Notes: a model not told the origin generated them from the letters alone. A stretch of DNA of 64,000 nucleotides from a bacterium (GCA_963669175.1 OY769902.1:2944001-3008000); one strand, 5' to 3'; positions 40,129-50,942 are shown, numbered from the stretch's first letter. Translations and numbers: made by a program.

Positions 40129-41478
40129 TTACACACTCAGCAGCAACTTCGTCGGGTTTTCCAGCATCTTGATCAGCTCGGTGACCATGTATGCCGCCTG
40201 GGCGCCGTCCGCGATACGGTGATCGAATGCCAGTGTCAAGGGCAGCATCTTCCGAATGACGATTTCACCGTCACGCACCACCGGCTTCTCCTGCACACGT
40301 CCCATGCCCAGAATTGCCACTTCCGGGTAATTGATCGTGGGGATCAACCCGGTGCCGCCGATCGGGCCGACGTTGGTGATAGAGATGGTGCCGTGCTGGA
40401 TATCCTGCGGTTCAATGTTGCCTTCACGCGCCCTGGTTGCGAGTTCGATAATTTCCTGGGAAATCTCAACGATACTCTTGTTGTTGGTATCCTTGACTAC
40501 CGGGACCATCAGGCCGCGAGGTGTATCCGCCGCGAAGCCGATGTTATAGAACTTCTTGTAAATGATCTCTTCACGGAAGGGATCAAGACTGGCGTTGAAC
40601 TGCGGGTACTTGCGCAGCATGGCCGTAAGCGCCTTCATCATGAAAGGCAGCAGGGTCAGACGCACGCCGGAGCCGTCCTGTTCGGCGGCTTTCTTTTCCG
40701 CGATACGAAGCTTCTCCAGCTCGGTCACATCCGCTTCATCCATATGTGCTACATGCGGCACGACTACCATCGAGGTGACCATCTTCTTCGCCACCTTGCG
40801 ACGAATGCTGCGGAACTGTTCGATCTCGACCGGTCCCTGCTGCGAGAAGTCGGGCAGGTCTTCCAGCTCGAGCAGCGGAATTCCGGACTTGGGAATCTCA
40901 ACCGCTTCACGTGGCGCGGCTTTGCTTGCTTGGGAAGCTGCCGGCGCTGTATCTGACGTCGCGACGGGCGCACCGCCATCCGCAAACGCTTGCACGTCTT
41001 CCGTGGTGACACGTCCACCCGGGCCGGTACCCGGAACCTGGTTGATGTCGATCCCCATTTCGCGTGCCAGCCTGCGAGTCGCAGGAGCTGCCGGAACCGG
41101 ACGACCATCCGCATGCTCAACAGCTTTCGCCACAGGTTTCGGCGCGGGCTTGGAAACAGACGCTTCCTGCTTCTTCGGCGCTGCTTCCTGTTTCGGAGCT
41201 TCTTCTTTCTTTTCCGGTGCGGGCAAACTGGCTTCGCCGCCACTGCCATCATCAATGATGACAAACACTTCGCCCACGTTCACCATGTCACCAACCTCGC
41301 CCTTACGATCCACGATCTTCCCGGAACGTGGTGAGGGGATGGTTACGGCTGCTTTATCAGTTTCAACATCGACAAGCGGTTCATCTTCTGTAATCTCACC
41401 GCCCTTGTCCACGTACCACTTCAAAATCTCGCCTTCCTGGATGCCTTCACCCAGGTCGGGCAGTTTAAACTCAAACAC
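40129..41478 (-). CDS. pdhC: 2-oxoacid dehydrogenase E2 acyltransferase (one lipoyl domain)
   Basis: ETDKA lipoyl Lys, PATRRLA...GTGPGGRV subunit-binding domain, and DHRIADGA. Confidence 0.92.
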   Translation of the reverse strand: MFEFKLPDLGEGIQEGEILKWYVDKGGEITEDEPLVDVETDKAAVTIPSPRSGKIVDRKGEVGDMVNVGEVFVIIDDGSGGEASLPAPEKKEEAPKQEAAPKKQEASVSKPAPKPVAKAVEHADGRPVPAAPATRRLAREMGIDINQVPGTGPGGRVTTEDVQAFADGGAPVATSDTAPAASQASKAAPREAVEIPKSGIPLLELEDLPDFSQQGPVEIEQFRSIRRKVAKKMVTSMVVVPHVAHMDEADVTELEKLRIAEKKAAEQDGSGVRLTLLPFMMKALTAMLRKYPQFNASLDPFREEIIYKKFYNIGFAADTPRGLMVPVVKDTNNKSIVEISQEIIELATRAREGNIEPQDIQHGTISITNVGPIGGTGLIPTINYPEVAILGMGRVQEKPVVRDGEIVIRKMLPLTLAFDHRIADGAQAAYMVTELIKMLENPTKLLLSV

Positions 41479-41493
41479 GATACCCTCCCGTGA

Positions 41494-42474
41494 TTAAAAG
41501 TCCAGGGTTTCTTCGATTGCACGGCGAATACGACCGGCGCTTGGAATGTAAGCCTTTTCACGTCCGAACAGCGGCATCATCATGTCATACATGGTGACAC
41601 GCTTGACCGGGGCTTCCAGGTACATCAGCGCTTTATCGTTGATCTCCGCGATGATTTCCGATGCCGGACCCAGTGTCTTCTGTGCTTCCTGGACAATCAC
41701 ACAACGGCCGGTTTTGGTTACCGATTCACGAATGGTTTTACGGTCCATCGGGTGAATCGTGAGCAAGTCTACCAGTTCAATGCTGACACCGCGTTCCTTC
41801 GCGATCTGCTCCACCACCTTTTCCGTGGCATGGAACATGGCGCCCCAGGAAATCACGGTCAGATCCGTACCCTCAGTCACGATCCGCGCTTTGCCCAAAG
41901 GCATGATTTCCTCTTCTTCCGGGACTTCTTCCTTGAAGGCACGGTAGGAATGCTTCGGCTCCATGAAGACAACCGGATCAGGGTCACGCATCGCTGCGAC
42001 CAGCAACGCACGGGCATTACGCGGGGTGGAGGGAATCACCGTCTTCACGCCCGGTGTATGAGCGTAATAGGTTTCCTTGCTCTCGCTGTGATGTTCCAGG
42101 GCACGAACTCCACCGCCGTAGGGCATACGCATAACCATCGGGACAGTAAAGCGGCCGCGTGAACGGTTCCGCATGCGTGAAGCATTGGCCTCAAGCTGGG
42201 GAATGCTGAGATAGCTGAACCCTGAGAATTGCATCTCGATCACGGGTTTCAAACCACCAATCGCCATTCCAATTGCGGTTCCGATGATTCCCGATTCCGC
42301 CAGAGGAGAATCAATTACACGTTCTTCGCCGTATTTTTCAATCAGGCCGTCCGTTACACGGAACACGCCACCATTTACTCCTACATCTTCACCCATCACG
42401 ATAACGGAATTGTCTTTTTCCATCTCCTGGTGAAGGGCAAGATTGATTGCTTGTACCATCGTCATCTTAGGCAT
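41494..42474 (-). CDS. pdhB: 2-oxoacid (pyruvate) dehydrogenase E1 beta
   Basis: GEDVG..GGVFR.T, DSPLAESGI, EMQF, EHHSES and DPVVFMEPK motifs. Confidence 0.93.
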   Translation of the reverse strand: MPKMTMVQAINLALHQEMEKDNSVIVMGEDVGVNGGVFRVTDGLIEKYGEERVIDSPLAESGIIGTAIGMAIGGLKPVIEMQFSGFSYLSIPQLEANASRMRNRSRGRFTVPMVMRMPYGGGVRALEHHSESKETYYAHTPGVKTVIPSTPRNARALLVAAMRDPDPVVFMEPKHSYRAFKEEVPEEEEIMPLGKARIVTEGTDLTVISWGAMFHATEKVVEQIAKERGVSIELVDLLTIHPMDRKTIRESVTKTGRCVIVQEAQKTLGPASEIIAEINDKALMYLEAPVKRVTMYDMMMPLFGREKAYIPSAGRIRRAIEETLDF

Positions 42475-43558
42475 TTTCACTATCCTTTTTCAGGTTTTCA
42501 AGAAATTCTTCGCGTTGGGCTTTCAGATCCTCATCCGGTTCACCGAAGACATAATCAAAGGGGGCATCCGGTGTTGTGTCTTCGAATGCTTCAAATTCCC
42601 TGACCGCTTCATCGACCTGCTTCTTGACTTCTTCTTCAAGAGCCTTCTGCTTCCGATCATTCCAGAGTTTCTTGTTTTCAAGGAAATTCCGGTAGCGCAG
42701 GATGGGATCTTTCAGTTCCCACTCGGTCACTTCATCGTTTTTCCGGTAACGGGTCGGATCATCAGCCGTCGTATGTACGCCCATCCGGTACGTCAACGCT
42801 TCAATCAAGGTTGGACCTTCACCGGCCTTGGCACGATCCAGCGCTTCCTTGACCGCCTTGTACACGGCCAGGACATCGTTGCCATCAACCTGTATCCCAG
42901 GCATATCGTAAGCAATCGCGCGCTGGGCCAGGGTTTTGGCGTGAGTCTGCTTGTGGCGTGGAGTGGAAATCGCCCACATGTTGTTCTGCAGGAAGAAAAC
43001 CACCGGCGCCTGCCAGACCGAAGCGAAGTTCAGCGCTTCATGAAAATCGCCTTCAGATGTTGAACCGTCACCGAAGAACGATACTGCCGCCACATCCTTT
43101 TCACCCTTCAGCCGTGAAGCATAAGCAAGCCCGACGGCATGGGGGATCTGGGATGCAAGAACAATCGCGACGGGGAGGGTACGTGAACCTTCCGGGAGGC
43201 TGATGCCTTCTTCGAATCCGTTGTAGTACAGCATCTCACCGGAAAGCTTGGAACCACGCATCAGGCGTGCGCCCAATTCACGATAGGCGCCAACCATCCA
43301 GTCTTTATCCGTCATGGCCATGGTTGCGCCGCAAACTGCGGCTTCCTGACCCTTGTTCACCGGGAGTGTGCCCAGTCGTCCCTGGCGTTGCAGCTTGAGC
43401 ATGCGTTCATCAGCTTCACGTGCCAGGAACATCGCCTTGTACAAATCCGTCAACTGAGTCGAACTCAAGTCAGGCATCAACTTCTCGTCGACCTGACCTT
43501 TCTCGTTGAGGATCTGCATGTATTTAACATCGAATTTGTTAACCGTTTTTAATGGCAT
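42467..43558 (-). CDS. pdhA: 2-oxoacid (pyruvate) dehydrogenase E1 alpha
   Basis: LQRQGR, GQEA, GDG...NN TPP motif and YRMGVHTTADDP. Substrate (pyruvate vs branched-chain) cannot be settled from sequence alone. Confidence 0.9.
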   Translation of the reverse strand: MPLKTVNKFDVKYMQILNEKGQVDEKLMPDLSSTQLTDLYKAMFLAREADERMLKLQRQGRLGTLPVNKGQEAAVCGATMAMTDKDWMVGAYRELGARLMRGSKLSGEMLYYNGFEEGISLPEGSRTLPVAIVLASQIPHAVGLAYASRLKGEKDVAAVSFFGDGSTSEGDFHEALNFASVWQAPVVFFLQNNMWAISTPRHKQTHAKTLAQRAIAYDMPGIQVDGNDVLAVYKAVKEALDRAKAGEGPTLIEALTYRMGVHTTADDPTRYRKNDEVTEWELKDPILRYRNFLENKKLWNDRKQKALEEEVKKQVDEAVREFEAFEDTTPDAPFDYVFGEPDEDLKAQREEFLENLKKDSENA

Positions 43559-43889
43559 GTCTATATCCTCTTGGTTGCTAAAAACTGTTTTGAAGTCAGC
43601 TTTCGTAATAGCTTCAGGCGAAAAGATAGGCTCGCCTAAAACTTGGAGTCAATACCATCATTGGCCCGAAAACCCACCTCCGGTACCACACTCACGGGGT
43701 TTGTTTGAGCTAACAATATCTATGGGAAAGCTATATTATTTCCGGGGCTATGTCGATGAAGGGAATTAATGTAGCAGTTCAAAGAGAGCACTCGTACTAC
43801 ACCTCCTGGTGGAGTGCTGCTCTTTTCGGGGGGGATCTCACTAGTCGAGAACAGGAATGAGCAGAACGTGAAAAGCTACGAATAGAGTA

Positions 43890-44051
43890 TTAATCTATCG
43901 GTGTAAACATATCCTTGCCGATACCGCAGATCGGGCACACCCAACCATCCGGCAAGTCCTCAAAAGCTGTTCCGGGCTCGATACCACTATCCGGATCACC
44001 AACCTTGGGGTCGTATACGTAACCGCATACGGTACACTGGTAGTTTTTCAT
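43890..44051 (-). CDS. Rubredoxin (53 aa; not in the ORF track)
   Basis: Hand translation [53 protein letters not shown], with two CxxCG motifs. Confidence 0.96.
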   Translation of the reverse strand: MKNYQCTVCGYVYDPKVGDPDSGIEPGTAFEDLPDGWVCPICGIGKDMFTPID

Positions 44052-44136
44052 CTTCTATCCGTTGTTTTACCTTGTTGTTGACAGAACGCTGCGGTGCAGG
44101 AGGTAAGCAGTAGCCACCTCCTGCGAATATGGATCG

Positions 44137-44832
44137 CTAAATCTTCTGGTGTTTCTGAATACGATACCATTCGTTACGACAACGGAAGAACTTCTTTGCG
44201 AAGAACTTGGTCATGGCATCCATATGATCTTCCAGGACTTCAATCATCTCATGTCGGCTTACATTGCCGAGTCGCATGTCGCGATAGGCTGTGGCATTGG
44301 TCTCATTGCCGGCGTACATGGTAATCACATAGTAGTTCACACGGTCCGACATCCGCCAGGTTTTGATTTTAAAATGGATTTTTCCAATCTGCTCGCCACC
44401 CAGTGACATGGGATCCACACCAAGCACTTTGGTCATCTTCGCACGATACTCGGTTTCATCTTCACGATCCCAGCGCTTCAGGTCGATGTAGGGGAAGTTG
44501 CCCGGATCACGTCCAAGATACCTCTCAAACCGTGTTTCGGCGAAATAGTCCAGGTGGTTCATGCTGAAGTTGATACGAGTTGTGTCGCCTTCGAAACTGG
44601 CGGTGAGCTGGTCGAAGTAGGCAACATTGACGAAATCAGGACGGTAGCGATTGTACTCGAACCAGTGGAGCGTATTATCCACAATGATATCAAGCCAGTT
44701 CTCGTTTAACTGAGACTGGGGATCATCTTTCGTGATGTTGGCATAAAACACGGAAAAGCCAACCACAAAAATGATAAACCCTGCCAGGAACTTCAGCAGT
44801 GGTTTGACGTAAGAAGAACTTGGAACAGTCAT
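44137..44832 (-). CDS. Hypothetical N-terminally membrane-anchored protein
   Basis: 231-aa ORF with one N-terminal hydrophobic helix and a GAGG RBS; no family recognised. Confidence 0.7.
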   Translation of the reverse strand: MTVPSSSYVKPLLKFLAGFIIFVVGFSVFYANITKDDPQSQLNENWLDIIVDNTLHWFEYNRYRPDFVNVAYFDQLTASFEGDTTRINFSMNHLDYFAETRFERYLGRDPGNFPYIDLKRWDREDETEYRAKMTKVLGVDPMSLGGEQIGKIHFKIKTWRMSDRVNYYVITMYAGNETNATAYRDMRLGNVSRHEMIEVLEDHMDAMTKFFAKKFFRCRNEWYRIQKHQKI

Positions 44833-45031
44833 CGTGGCCTCACCTGGCTAGTCAGCACGTCTTCGGCCTGTGCCGCGGTTGGTTTTGTCTGGAGGACTGT
44901 ACATCCACCAAAAACACCGTCACCACAAGCGCTGGTCACTATCGTCCGAAACGCAATACCCCAATTTCAACAAGCGACAGAAAATACGTGAACCTACCTC
45001 TTTATGCAATGGGGAGCCGGGAATTCCTTTT

Positions 45032-45219
45032 GGCGAAAAATCTGGTACAGTTTCCTTTTCTCCAAAACTGAATCAACTGTTCCGTATTCGAATAGAAGAA
45101 AAGGAAACAGTCCAATTTTTCGCCCATGTCTCCGCTGAAACGCCATGATTCGCCAGTAAAAATCCATCACCATGTCATCCCGGAAACGCTGTTGTTTAGC
45201 GTTGTCCGGGATCTACTCC
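45032..45219. repeat. Family A motif pair plus family C element
   Basis: GGCGAAAAATCTGGTACAGTTTCCTTTTC ... GAAAAGGAAACAGTCCAATTTTTCGCC, then TGTCATCCCG...CGGGATCTACTCC; same order as at 38438..38624. Confidence 0.78.
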
Positions 45220-45557
45220 CCTGGATACCTCGCTAGCGCCGGTTCAATGATTTCTGTCTGTTGAAAACGGTTCTCCACCTCATCGTCCAAAGAGAAATAT
45301 TCCAGTCAACAAGAAGTTTAGCTATGCGGATTTATCGTACATGTTAAATAGATCACATTATCAGTAGCAGAAAATTCACATGTAAGTAATTGATATGCAT
45401 GGTTATGGTTTGGGATATTTCGTGTTTATGGGGATGTCTCCCGGGAACTCCTGTATAAAGGTTGCGAACTTCTTACTTCACCAGTATCTTCCCGCCTCGA
45501 ACAGGGAAAAGGTTTCTCTGTTCGGTAACAAATTGGTGTAAATACCGGAGGTTTTCG

Positions 45558-47012
45558 ATGCGCGTAGTACAAGTTGTTTCTGTTGTATCCTTTTTAGTTG
45601 CACTTACCAGTAGTGTTATTGCCCAGGAGTGGACAGAGCATACATTGGGTGGCACTGAACCGAGGTACGTATATGCCGCTGATGTAGATGGCGATGGTGA
45701 CATGGATGTAGCATACGGGTCTCATACCCAACGTTCAATCAACTGGCTGGAGAATGTAGATGGCCAGGGTACTGAATGGGCAGACCACAAGCTGAATACA
45801 CAGTTTAACCTGCCGTATGTCACATCTATTGGTGTTTTTGACTATGATTCTGACGGTGATCAGGATATCTATTTCTCCCGTGACAGCACCTACAGCATCT
45901 TTGTTTACAGGAATGTTGGCGGTGAAGATTCTCTGAATTGGGAATACGCAGTCATCATGGGCTGGCCGGGCCAGTACATTCAGAACCTGACTCATTTTGA
46001 CATTGATGCCGACGGTGATCTGGATTTTGTCGCAGCAGTCAAGGGTGAAAACTATTTCCCGTGGTGGGAAAATGTGAACGGTGATGGTTCCGACTGGGAT
46101 GAATCAAACAGTATCCAGGGTGAGTTCGGTGGTGGTTATGATATCACTTTCGGCGACTACAACCTGGATGGCGCTATTGACGCTGCCGGTACCACTTATA
46201 GCCCTAGTGGCATGGCCTGGTTCTACCATGTCGGCGAATCTTCTTTCGCCGATCACCCGGTGGCAGATCTGGATAACGCTTTCGGAATCGATACCGGCGA
46301 CTTCAATGGCGATGGCCGTCCCGATCTCGTCGTCAGCACACGTGGTACGGATGGCAAAGTGCTCTGGTATGAAAACCAGCCTTCCGGTGACTATAACTAC
46401 CTGGCCTGGACAACCCATGAGGTCTTTAACCTGTCCGAGCATGCCGACTACACTTTCTTTGATGTCGTGACCCTCGACTATGACTTGGATGGCGATCCAG
46501 ATGTGGCTAGTGTGGACATCGACGGTTTCCTGCGTCTTCACGAGAACGAACTGGGCAACGGCACAAGTTGGCCCTCAGGCCATATTGCCGCCGGGTATGT
46601 CAACATGCGTGATATCCAGGTCGTGGATATGAACGGTGATGGCGCTCCTGATCTCTTGACCGCTGGCGAGTTCAACGGCATCAACTGGTACGAGAACCCC
46701 TACGAAAACACGGTTGAAGAAGACGACAACACAGAAACCGCCTTGCCGGAATCGATGCACCTGGTGTCGGTCTATCCGAACCCGTTCAACCCGACCGCCA
46801 CGGTAACCGTGAACGTCGCGCAAGCCGGCAAGCTGACCCTGACTGTCTACAACCAGCTCGGCCAGCAGGTCCAGCAGGTCGTGGACACGGTCGTCCAGCC
46901 CGGCATCCAGCAGTTCACCATCGACGGCCATAACCTGGCGACCGGTGTCTACCTGCTCCGTGCCAATATCAACGGCCAGATCAGCGAGCAGAATATTGTG
47001 CTGATGAAGTAA
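45558..47012 (+). CDS. FG-GAP/VCBS repeat protein with T9SS-type C-terminal domain
   Basis: GGAGG RBS, signal peptide, seven D.(D/N).DG..D repeats with W.EN motifs, YPNPFNP tail. Confidence 0.92.
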   Translation: MRVVQVVSVVSFLVALTSSVIAQEWTEHTLGGTEPRYVYAADVDGDGDMDVAYGSHTQRSINWLENVDGQGTEWADHKLNTQFNLPYVTSIGVFDYDSDGDQDIYFSRDSTYSIFVYRNVGGEDSLNWEYAVIMGWPGQYIQNLTHFDIDADGDLDFVAAVKGENYFPWWENVNGDGSDWDESNSIQGEFGGGYDITFGDYNLDGAIDAAGTTYSPSGMAWFYHVGESSFADHPVADLDNAFGIDTGDFNGDGRPDLVVSTRGTDGKVLWYENQPSGDYNYLAWTTHEVFNLSEHADYTFFDVVTLDYDLDGDPDVASVDIDGFLRLHENELGNGTSWPSGHIAAGYVNMRDIQVVDMNGDGAPDLLTAGEFNGINWYENPYENTVEEDDNTETALPESMHLVSVYPNPFNPTATVTVNVAQAGKLTLTVYNQLGQQVQQVVDTVVQPGIQQFTIDGHNLATGVYLLRANINGQISEQNIVLMK

Positions 47013-47110
47013 GGGGGAGGGCGAAAGGCCAGGTTTTAACTGATCTTCTGGTTAATGCGCAGAATTGATAAGGCCGCTTTTTAACTTCCATTGCAAATAT
47101 GTGGTGATTC

Positions 47111-47146
47111 AAAAACGAGGCTTCCTTTCGAGGGGGTCTCGTTTTG
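47111..47146. terminator. Rho-independent terminator
   Basis: AAAACGAGGCTTCCT-TTCG-AGGGGGTCTCGTTTT. Confidence 0.75.
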
Positions 47147-47356
47147 TATTAACGAAAGGACTTCCGTGAAAAAATCAGGAAAAGAAATGGGTATATCCAA
47201 TTAGTGATTTGTTCATGTATTAACCTCTTGCCCCATGCCTTCGAACCCCTTAGCTTACGGCAGCCTCTATCCGTACTCTGCGGCATACGGTAACCGGGGC
47301 GATAAAGCCACTTTAGCCATACAAACGTACATTCCTTCATACGGAGGTGAAGCATC

Positions 47357-48265
47357 ATGAAGAAGCGGGACTTTCTCCAGATTACCGATTTTTCCACGGC
47401 GGAGCTGTATGACCTGTTCAAGCTCGCCCATGATCTCAAGAGCGTGACCAATGTGGGCATGTGCCCGACGCCTCTCGCGGGCAAGCAGTTCGGCTGCATT
47501 TTCCACAAGGCCAGCCTGCGGACACGGATCAGTTTTGAGGTCGGCATCAATCAGCTCGGCGGCAACTCGCTGTACATCACCAACAACGAGATCGAGCTGG
47601 GCAAGCGTGAGACCATCCCGGACGCAGCGCGTGTACTGAGCCGTTTCCTGGACGGTATCGTGATCCGCACCTATTCCCACAAGGACATCGAAGAGTTGGC
47701 CGAGTGGGCGAGTGTGCCGGTGATCAACGCATTGACCGATTTTTCCCATCCCTGCCAGGTAATCGGCGACCTGATGACCATCGAGGAGCACCTGGGCACG
47801 TTCGAAGGAATTAACGTGACCTATCTCGGCGATGGCAACAACATGGCGCGTAGCTGGATCAACGCCGCACGTCGCTTGCCGATCAGCCTCCGTATCGGGA
47901 CCACCAGGGAAACCCACCCGGGAGAGTTGGTCGAGATCGCGCAGAAGGAAGGCGCTGATGTGCAGGTCGTGTATGATCCGATCGAGGCGGTACGTGATGC
48001 GGATGTGGTCTACACCGACGTGTTCGCCTCCATGGGCGAGAAGGACAAGGCTGCGGAACGTGAAGCGCTGTTGAAGCAGTTCCAGGTCAACGATGAGCTG
48101 CTGGAGCATGCCAGCCCGGACGCCATCGTGATGCATTGTCTTCCGGCCGAGCGTGGTCGTGAGATCACCGATGAGGTCATGGAAGGCCCGCAGTCGGTCG
48201 TGTTTGATGAAGCGGAAAACCGTCTGCACGCTCAGAAGGCCATTCTCGTAACCCTTTGCGGCTGA
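47357..48265 (+). CDS. argF: Ornithine carbamoyltransferase
   Basis: SLRT, HPCQ, GDGNN, YTDV..SMG, MHCLP and EAENR motifs. Confidence 0.96.
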   Translation: MKKRDFLQITDFSTAELYDLFKLAHDLKSVTNVGMCPTPLAGKQFGCIFHKASLRTRISFEVGINQLGGNSLYITNNEIELGKRETIPDAARVLSRFLDGIVIRTYSHKDIEELAEWASVPVINALTDFSHPCQVIGDLMTIEEHLGTFEGINVTYLGDGNNMARSWINAARRLPISLRIGTTRETHPGELVEIAQKEGADVQVVYDPIEAVRDADVVYTDVFASMGEKDKAAEREALLKQFQVNDELLEHASPDAIVMHCLPAERGREITDEVMEGPQSVVFDEAENRLHAQKAILVTLCG

Positions 48266-49527
48266 TGAAAGTTCGAAGCGATATACCCGAAGGGCCGGTT
48301 CCGGCCCTTCGGGCTGTTGATGTTACGATTGTGACCGAGAACGATCAGCATTACGCAGTCGTACACGATCCCTACGGATTCTCGGAAAAACAGCTCGCCT
48401 TCGCTTATGAGCTGCTGCCGTTGCTGACCATGTTTGACGGCAACCACACCTTGCAGCAAATCGCGGATCAGATCGAAGCGGTTGCCGGAGAAGCGGTTCC
48501 GGTGGAAGCCTTGGCCGAAGTGGTCAACCTGCTGGATGATTCCTTTTTCCTGCACAACGATCGATTCCGTGAACATCGCAAGGAAGTGGAAGAAGCGTTC
48601 CGTAAGGACACCGTCCGCAAGTCCAGCATGGCCGGATCCGGTTACCCCGATGATCCGAAATTACTGGGCGAGATGCTCGAGCATTTCATGGCCGCACCCC
48701 CGGCGGAGGATCATGAACCGGACGAAGTGCCTGAAGGTGCGCGGATTCGTGGCATCATGTCCCCGCATATCGACTATGAACGCGGCGGGATGACCTATGG
48801 ACGCACGTATAAGGTGCTGCGCGAGCATTTGCCGGAAGCATCCGAAGGGCCGTTACTGCTGATCGTAATTGGTGTCGGTCATGCCGGAGCGTTGTCGCCG
48901 ATTGTTGTTGCGGACAAGACCTTTCAGACACCACTGGGTGACCTGCCGGTTGATCAGGACGCGATTCGGCTTATCCGTGAATGGGTGGGAGATCGTCCGT
49001 TTAATGAATCCTTCATCCATAAAGCGGAGCATTCGGTTGAATTGCAGGCGGTCTGGCTGAAGCACCTGCTGGCGGGACGCGAAATCACCATGCTGCCCAT
49101 CCTGGCTGGGATTTTACCGTTGAACGAGAACGGTACCCCGGAAGGTGTGGAGGAGCTGGAAAAGGTGATGGATGCACTGTTCGAGATCGAACGCCGCCAC
49201 GAAGGCCCGGTGCTGTGGGTTGGGGGAGTTGATTGCTCCCATGTCGGCCCGAGATTCGGCGACCAGGAACCGGTTGATGATACCCTGACCGCAGATGTGT
49301 TGAAGCGTGATATGGCCGCCCTGGAACAGGTCAGGAATGTGGACGCGGAAGAGTGGTGGCACTCGCTGATGGATGAGGATAATCCAACACGTGTCTGCGG
49401 TCTGAACGCCATGTACCTGCTGCTGAAAGGGATGCAGGGCGCGCAGGGGTATATCATCGATTATGACCAGGCGGTATCGGAAGACCGTATGCAGATGGTA
49501 AGCTTTGCCGGTGGAGTATTTTGTTGA
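48265..49527 (+). CDS. AmmeMemoRadiSam protein B (MEMO1 family) with N-terminal extension
   Basis: AGSGYP, PHIDY.RGG, GVGH, F.TPLG, EHSVELQ, DCSHVG and VCG motifs; coupled to argF by a TGATG overlap. Confidence 0.88.
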   Translation: MKVRSDIPEGPVPALRAVDVTIVTENDQHYAVVHDPYGFSEKQLAFAYELLPLLTMFDGNHTLQQIADQIEAVAGEAVPVEALAEVVNLLDDSFFLHNDRFREHRKEVEEAFRKDTVRKSSMAGSGYPDDPKLLGEMLEHFMAAPPAEDHEPDEVPEGARIRGIMSPHIDYERGGMTYGRTYKVLREHLPEASEGPLLLIVIGVGHAGALSPIVVADKTFQTPLGDLPVDQDAIRLIREWVGDRPFNESFIHKAEHSVELQAVWLKHLLAGREITMLPILAGILPLNENGTPEGVEELEKVMDALFEIERRHEGPVLWVGGVDCSHVGPRFGDQEPVDDTLTADVLKRDMAALEQVRNVDAEEWWHSLMDEDNPTRVCGLNAMYLLLKGMQGAQGYIIDYDQAVSEDRMQMVSFAGGVFC

Positions 49528-49547
49528 AGGAATAGAGATTTTTCAGA

Positions 49548-49631
49548 ATAAGGGGACTGACTCCTTTTCCCTGTACAAAAAAGGTAATTTGCTGAACAGT
49601 TTACAGGAAAAGGTGTCTGTCCCCTTTTTCC
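49548..49631. repeat. REP-like inverted motif pair
   Basis: AAGGGGACTGACTCCTTTTCC ... GGAAAAGGTGTCTGTCCCCTTTTTCC. Confidence 0.7.
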
Positions 49632-49720
49632 ACTCTTCAGGTCGGATACTTTCATTCCTTGACTGCCCTCCACAGTCCCTCTATATTGCCCTGCAACTTG
49701 CGATTAAAGGGATCGTTTCC

Positions 49721-50806
49721 ATGTCATCCGTACAACCTGTTTTTATCTTCGGCTATGCCCATTCCGGCACAACCCTGTTGCAGAATATGTTCAAACAGCA
49801 TGGGGATGTGTTGATCGGGATGAGTGAGACGTATTTTTATGAATTTCCCTACCTGTACATGGATGACTACCCGGAACTGGATACGGATGAAGCTATCGAT
49901 GGCATGATCCGATTCTGTGCCAACCTGATGCTGAAGGGATATTGGCGTCTCTACGCCCACAAGACAGAACAACCTGCCCCTGACATCGTATCCACAGATG
50001 ATTTAAATGCGATCAAGGCAACTCTGGGGTCACATCCGACTCACGCTGAAATTTTCCATCGTACCCTGGACCAACTGGCAGTACGTGAAGGGCTGGGGTT
50101 CTGGGTGGAAAAAACACCCGGCCATACCAATCATGCCCAACGTATCCTGACGGACAATCCCGGCGCGAAAGCGATTGCGCTGGTTAGGAATCCGAAGGAT
50201 ATCCTCAGCTCGAAAAAGCTGCGTGAAAAACGGGTGCATGATAAGATTCAGAGCGGTGAGGCTACATATCAGGATAAGAATAATCGTGGGATGATCGAGT
50301 ATGATCCGTTCTGGACAAGTCTTGCATGGCGTGCTGCTGCAAGGGCGATCCTGGATGCAGAAAATGCTTACCCGGACCGTATCTTGACCATTCGCTATGA
50401 GGATATTGTTCAGGATGCAGAAGGTCAATTGAAAACAATATGTAATTTCCTTGGGCTGGAATACCGGGATACGATGCTGCAGGTAGACCGTTATAACGTA
50501 GCGACATGGGGCAAAGAGGACCGTAACCAGTCGGCGGGCGTGGTAAAGGATTCTGTGGAACGTTGGCGGACAAGCCTGTCAACCGGCGAGGCGGCGCTGG
50601 CGGATCGCCTGTTGTTCAACGAGTTGAAGCGATTCGAGTACCCGGTGGATGTACTGAACCAACGGCAGCGATTTGCCAGTGTATTCACCCTGATCGGCAG
50701 TGTTCCCAACCTGGGACGTCGTATGGTTAATAAACTTCGTTTCCAGGGCGCGAAACATGCGATGGCGACGGGGAAGAATTACCTGTCACGGCTAGTGAGG
50801 AAGTGA
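49721..50806 (+). CDS. Sulfotransferase family protein
   Basis: FIFG..HSGTTLL PAPS loop, EKTP, RNP.D..SS and RYEDIV motifs. Confidence 0.92.
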   Translation: MSSVQPVFIFGYAHSGTTLLQNMFKQHGDVLIGMSETYFYEFPYLYMDDYPELDTDEAIDGMIRFCANLMLKGYWRLYAHKTEQPAPDIVSTDDLNAIKATLGSHPTHAEIFHRTLDQLAVREGLGFWVEKTPGHTNHAQRILTDNPGAKAIALVRNPKDILSSKKLREKRVHDKIQSGEATYQDKNNRGMIEYDPFWTSLAWRAAARAILDAENAYPDRILTIRYEDIVQDAEGQLKTICNFLGLEYRDTMLQVDRYNVATWGKEDRNQSAGVVKDSVERWRTSLSTGEAALADRLLFNELKRFEYPVDVLNQRQRFASVFTLIGSVPNLGRRMVNKLRFQGAKHAMATGKNYLSRLVRK

Positions 50807-50841
50807 TCTATGTGCTACTCGCGAAAGGAATGTCCCATTCG

Positions 50842-50942
50842 GTCATCCCCAGCGAAGCAGACTGTATCAGAATAGCGGAGGTATTCATGGGGACGAAAGT
50901 GTAGTCTATTCTGAGACAATCTGGAAGGCGGGGATCTACTCC
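50842..50942. repeat. Family C element with internal hairpin expansion
   Basis: GTCATCCCC...GGGGATCTACTCC enclosing CAGACTGTATCAGAATAG / CTATTCTGAGACAATCTG. Confidence 0.7.
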
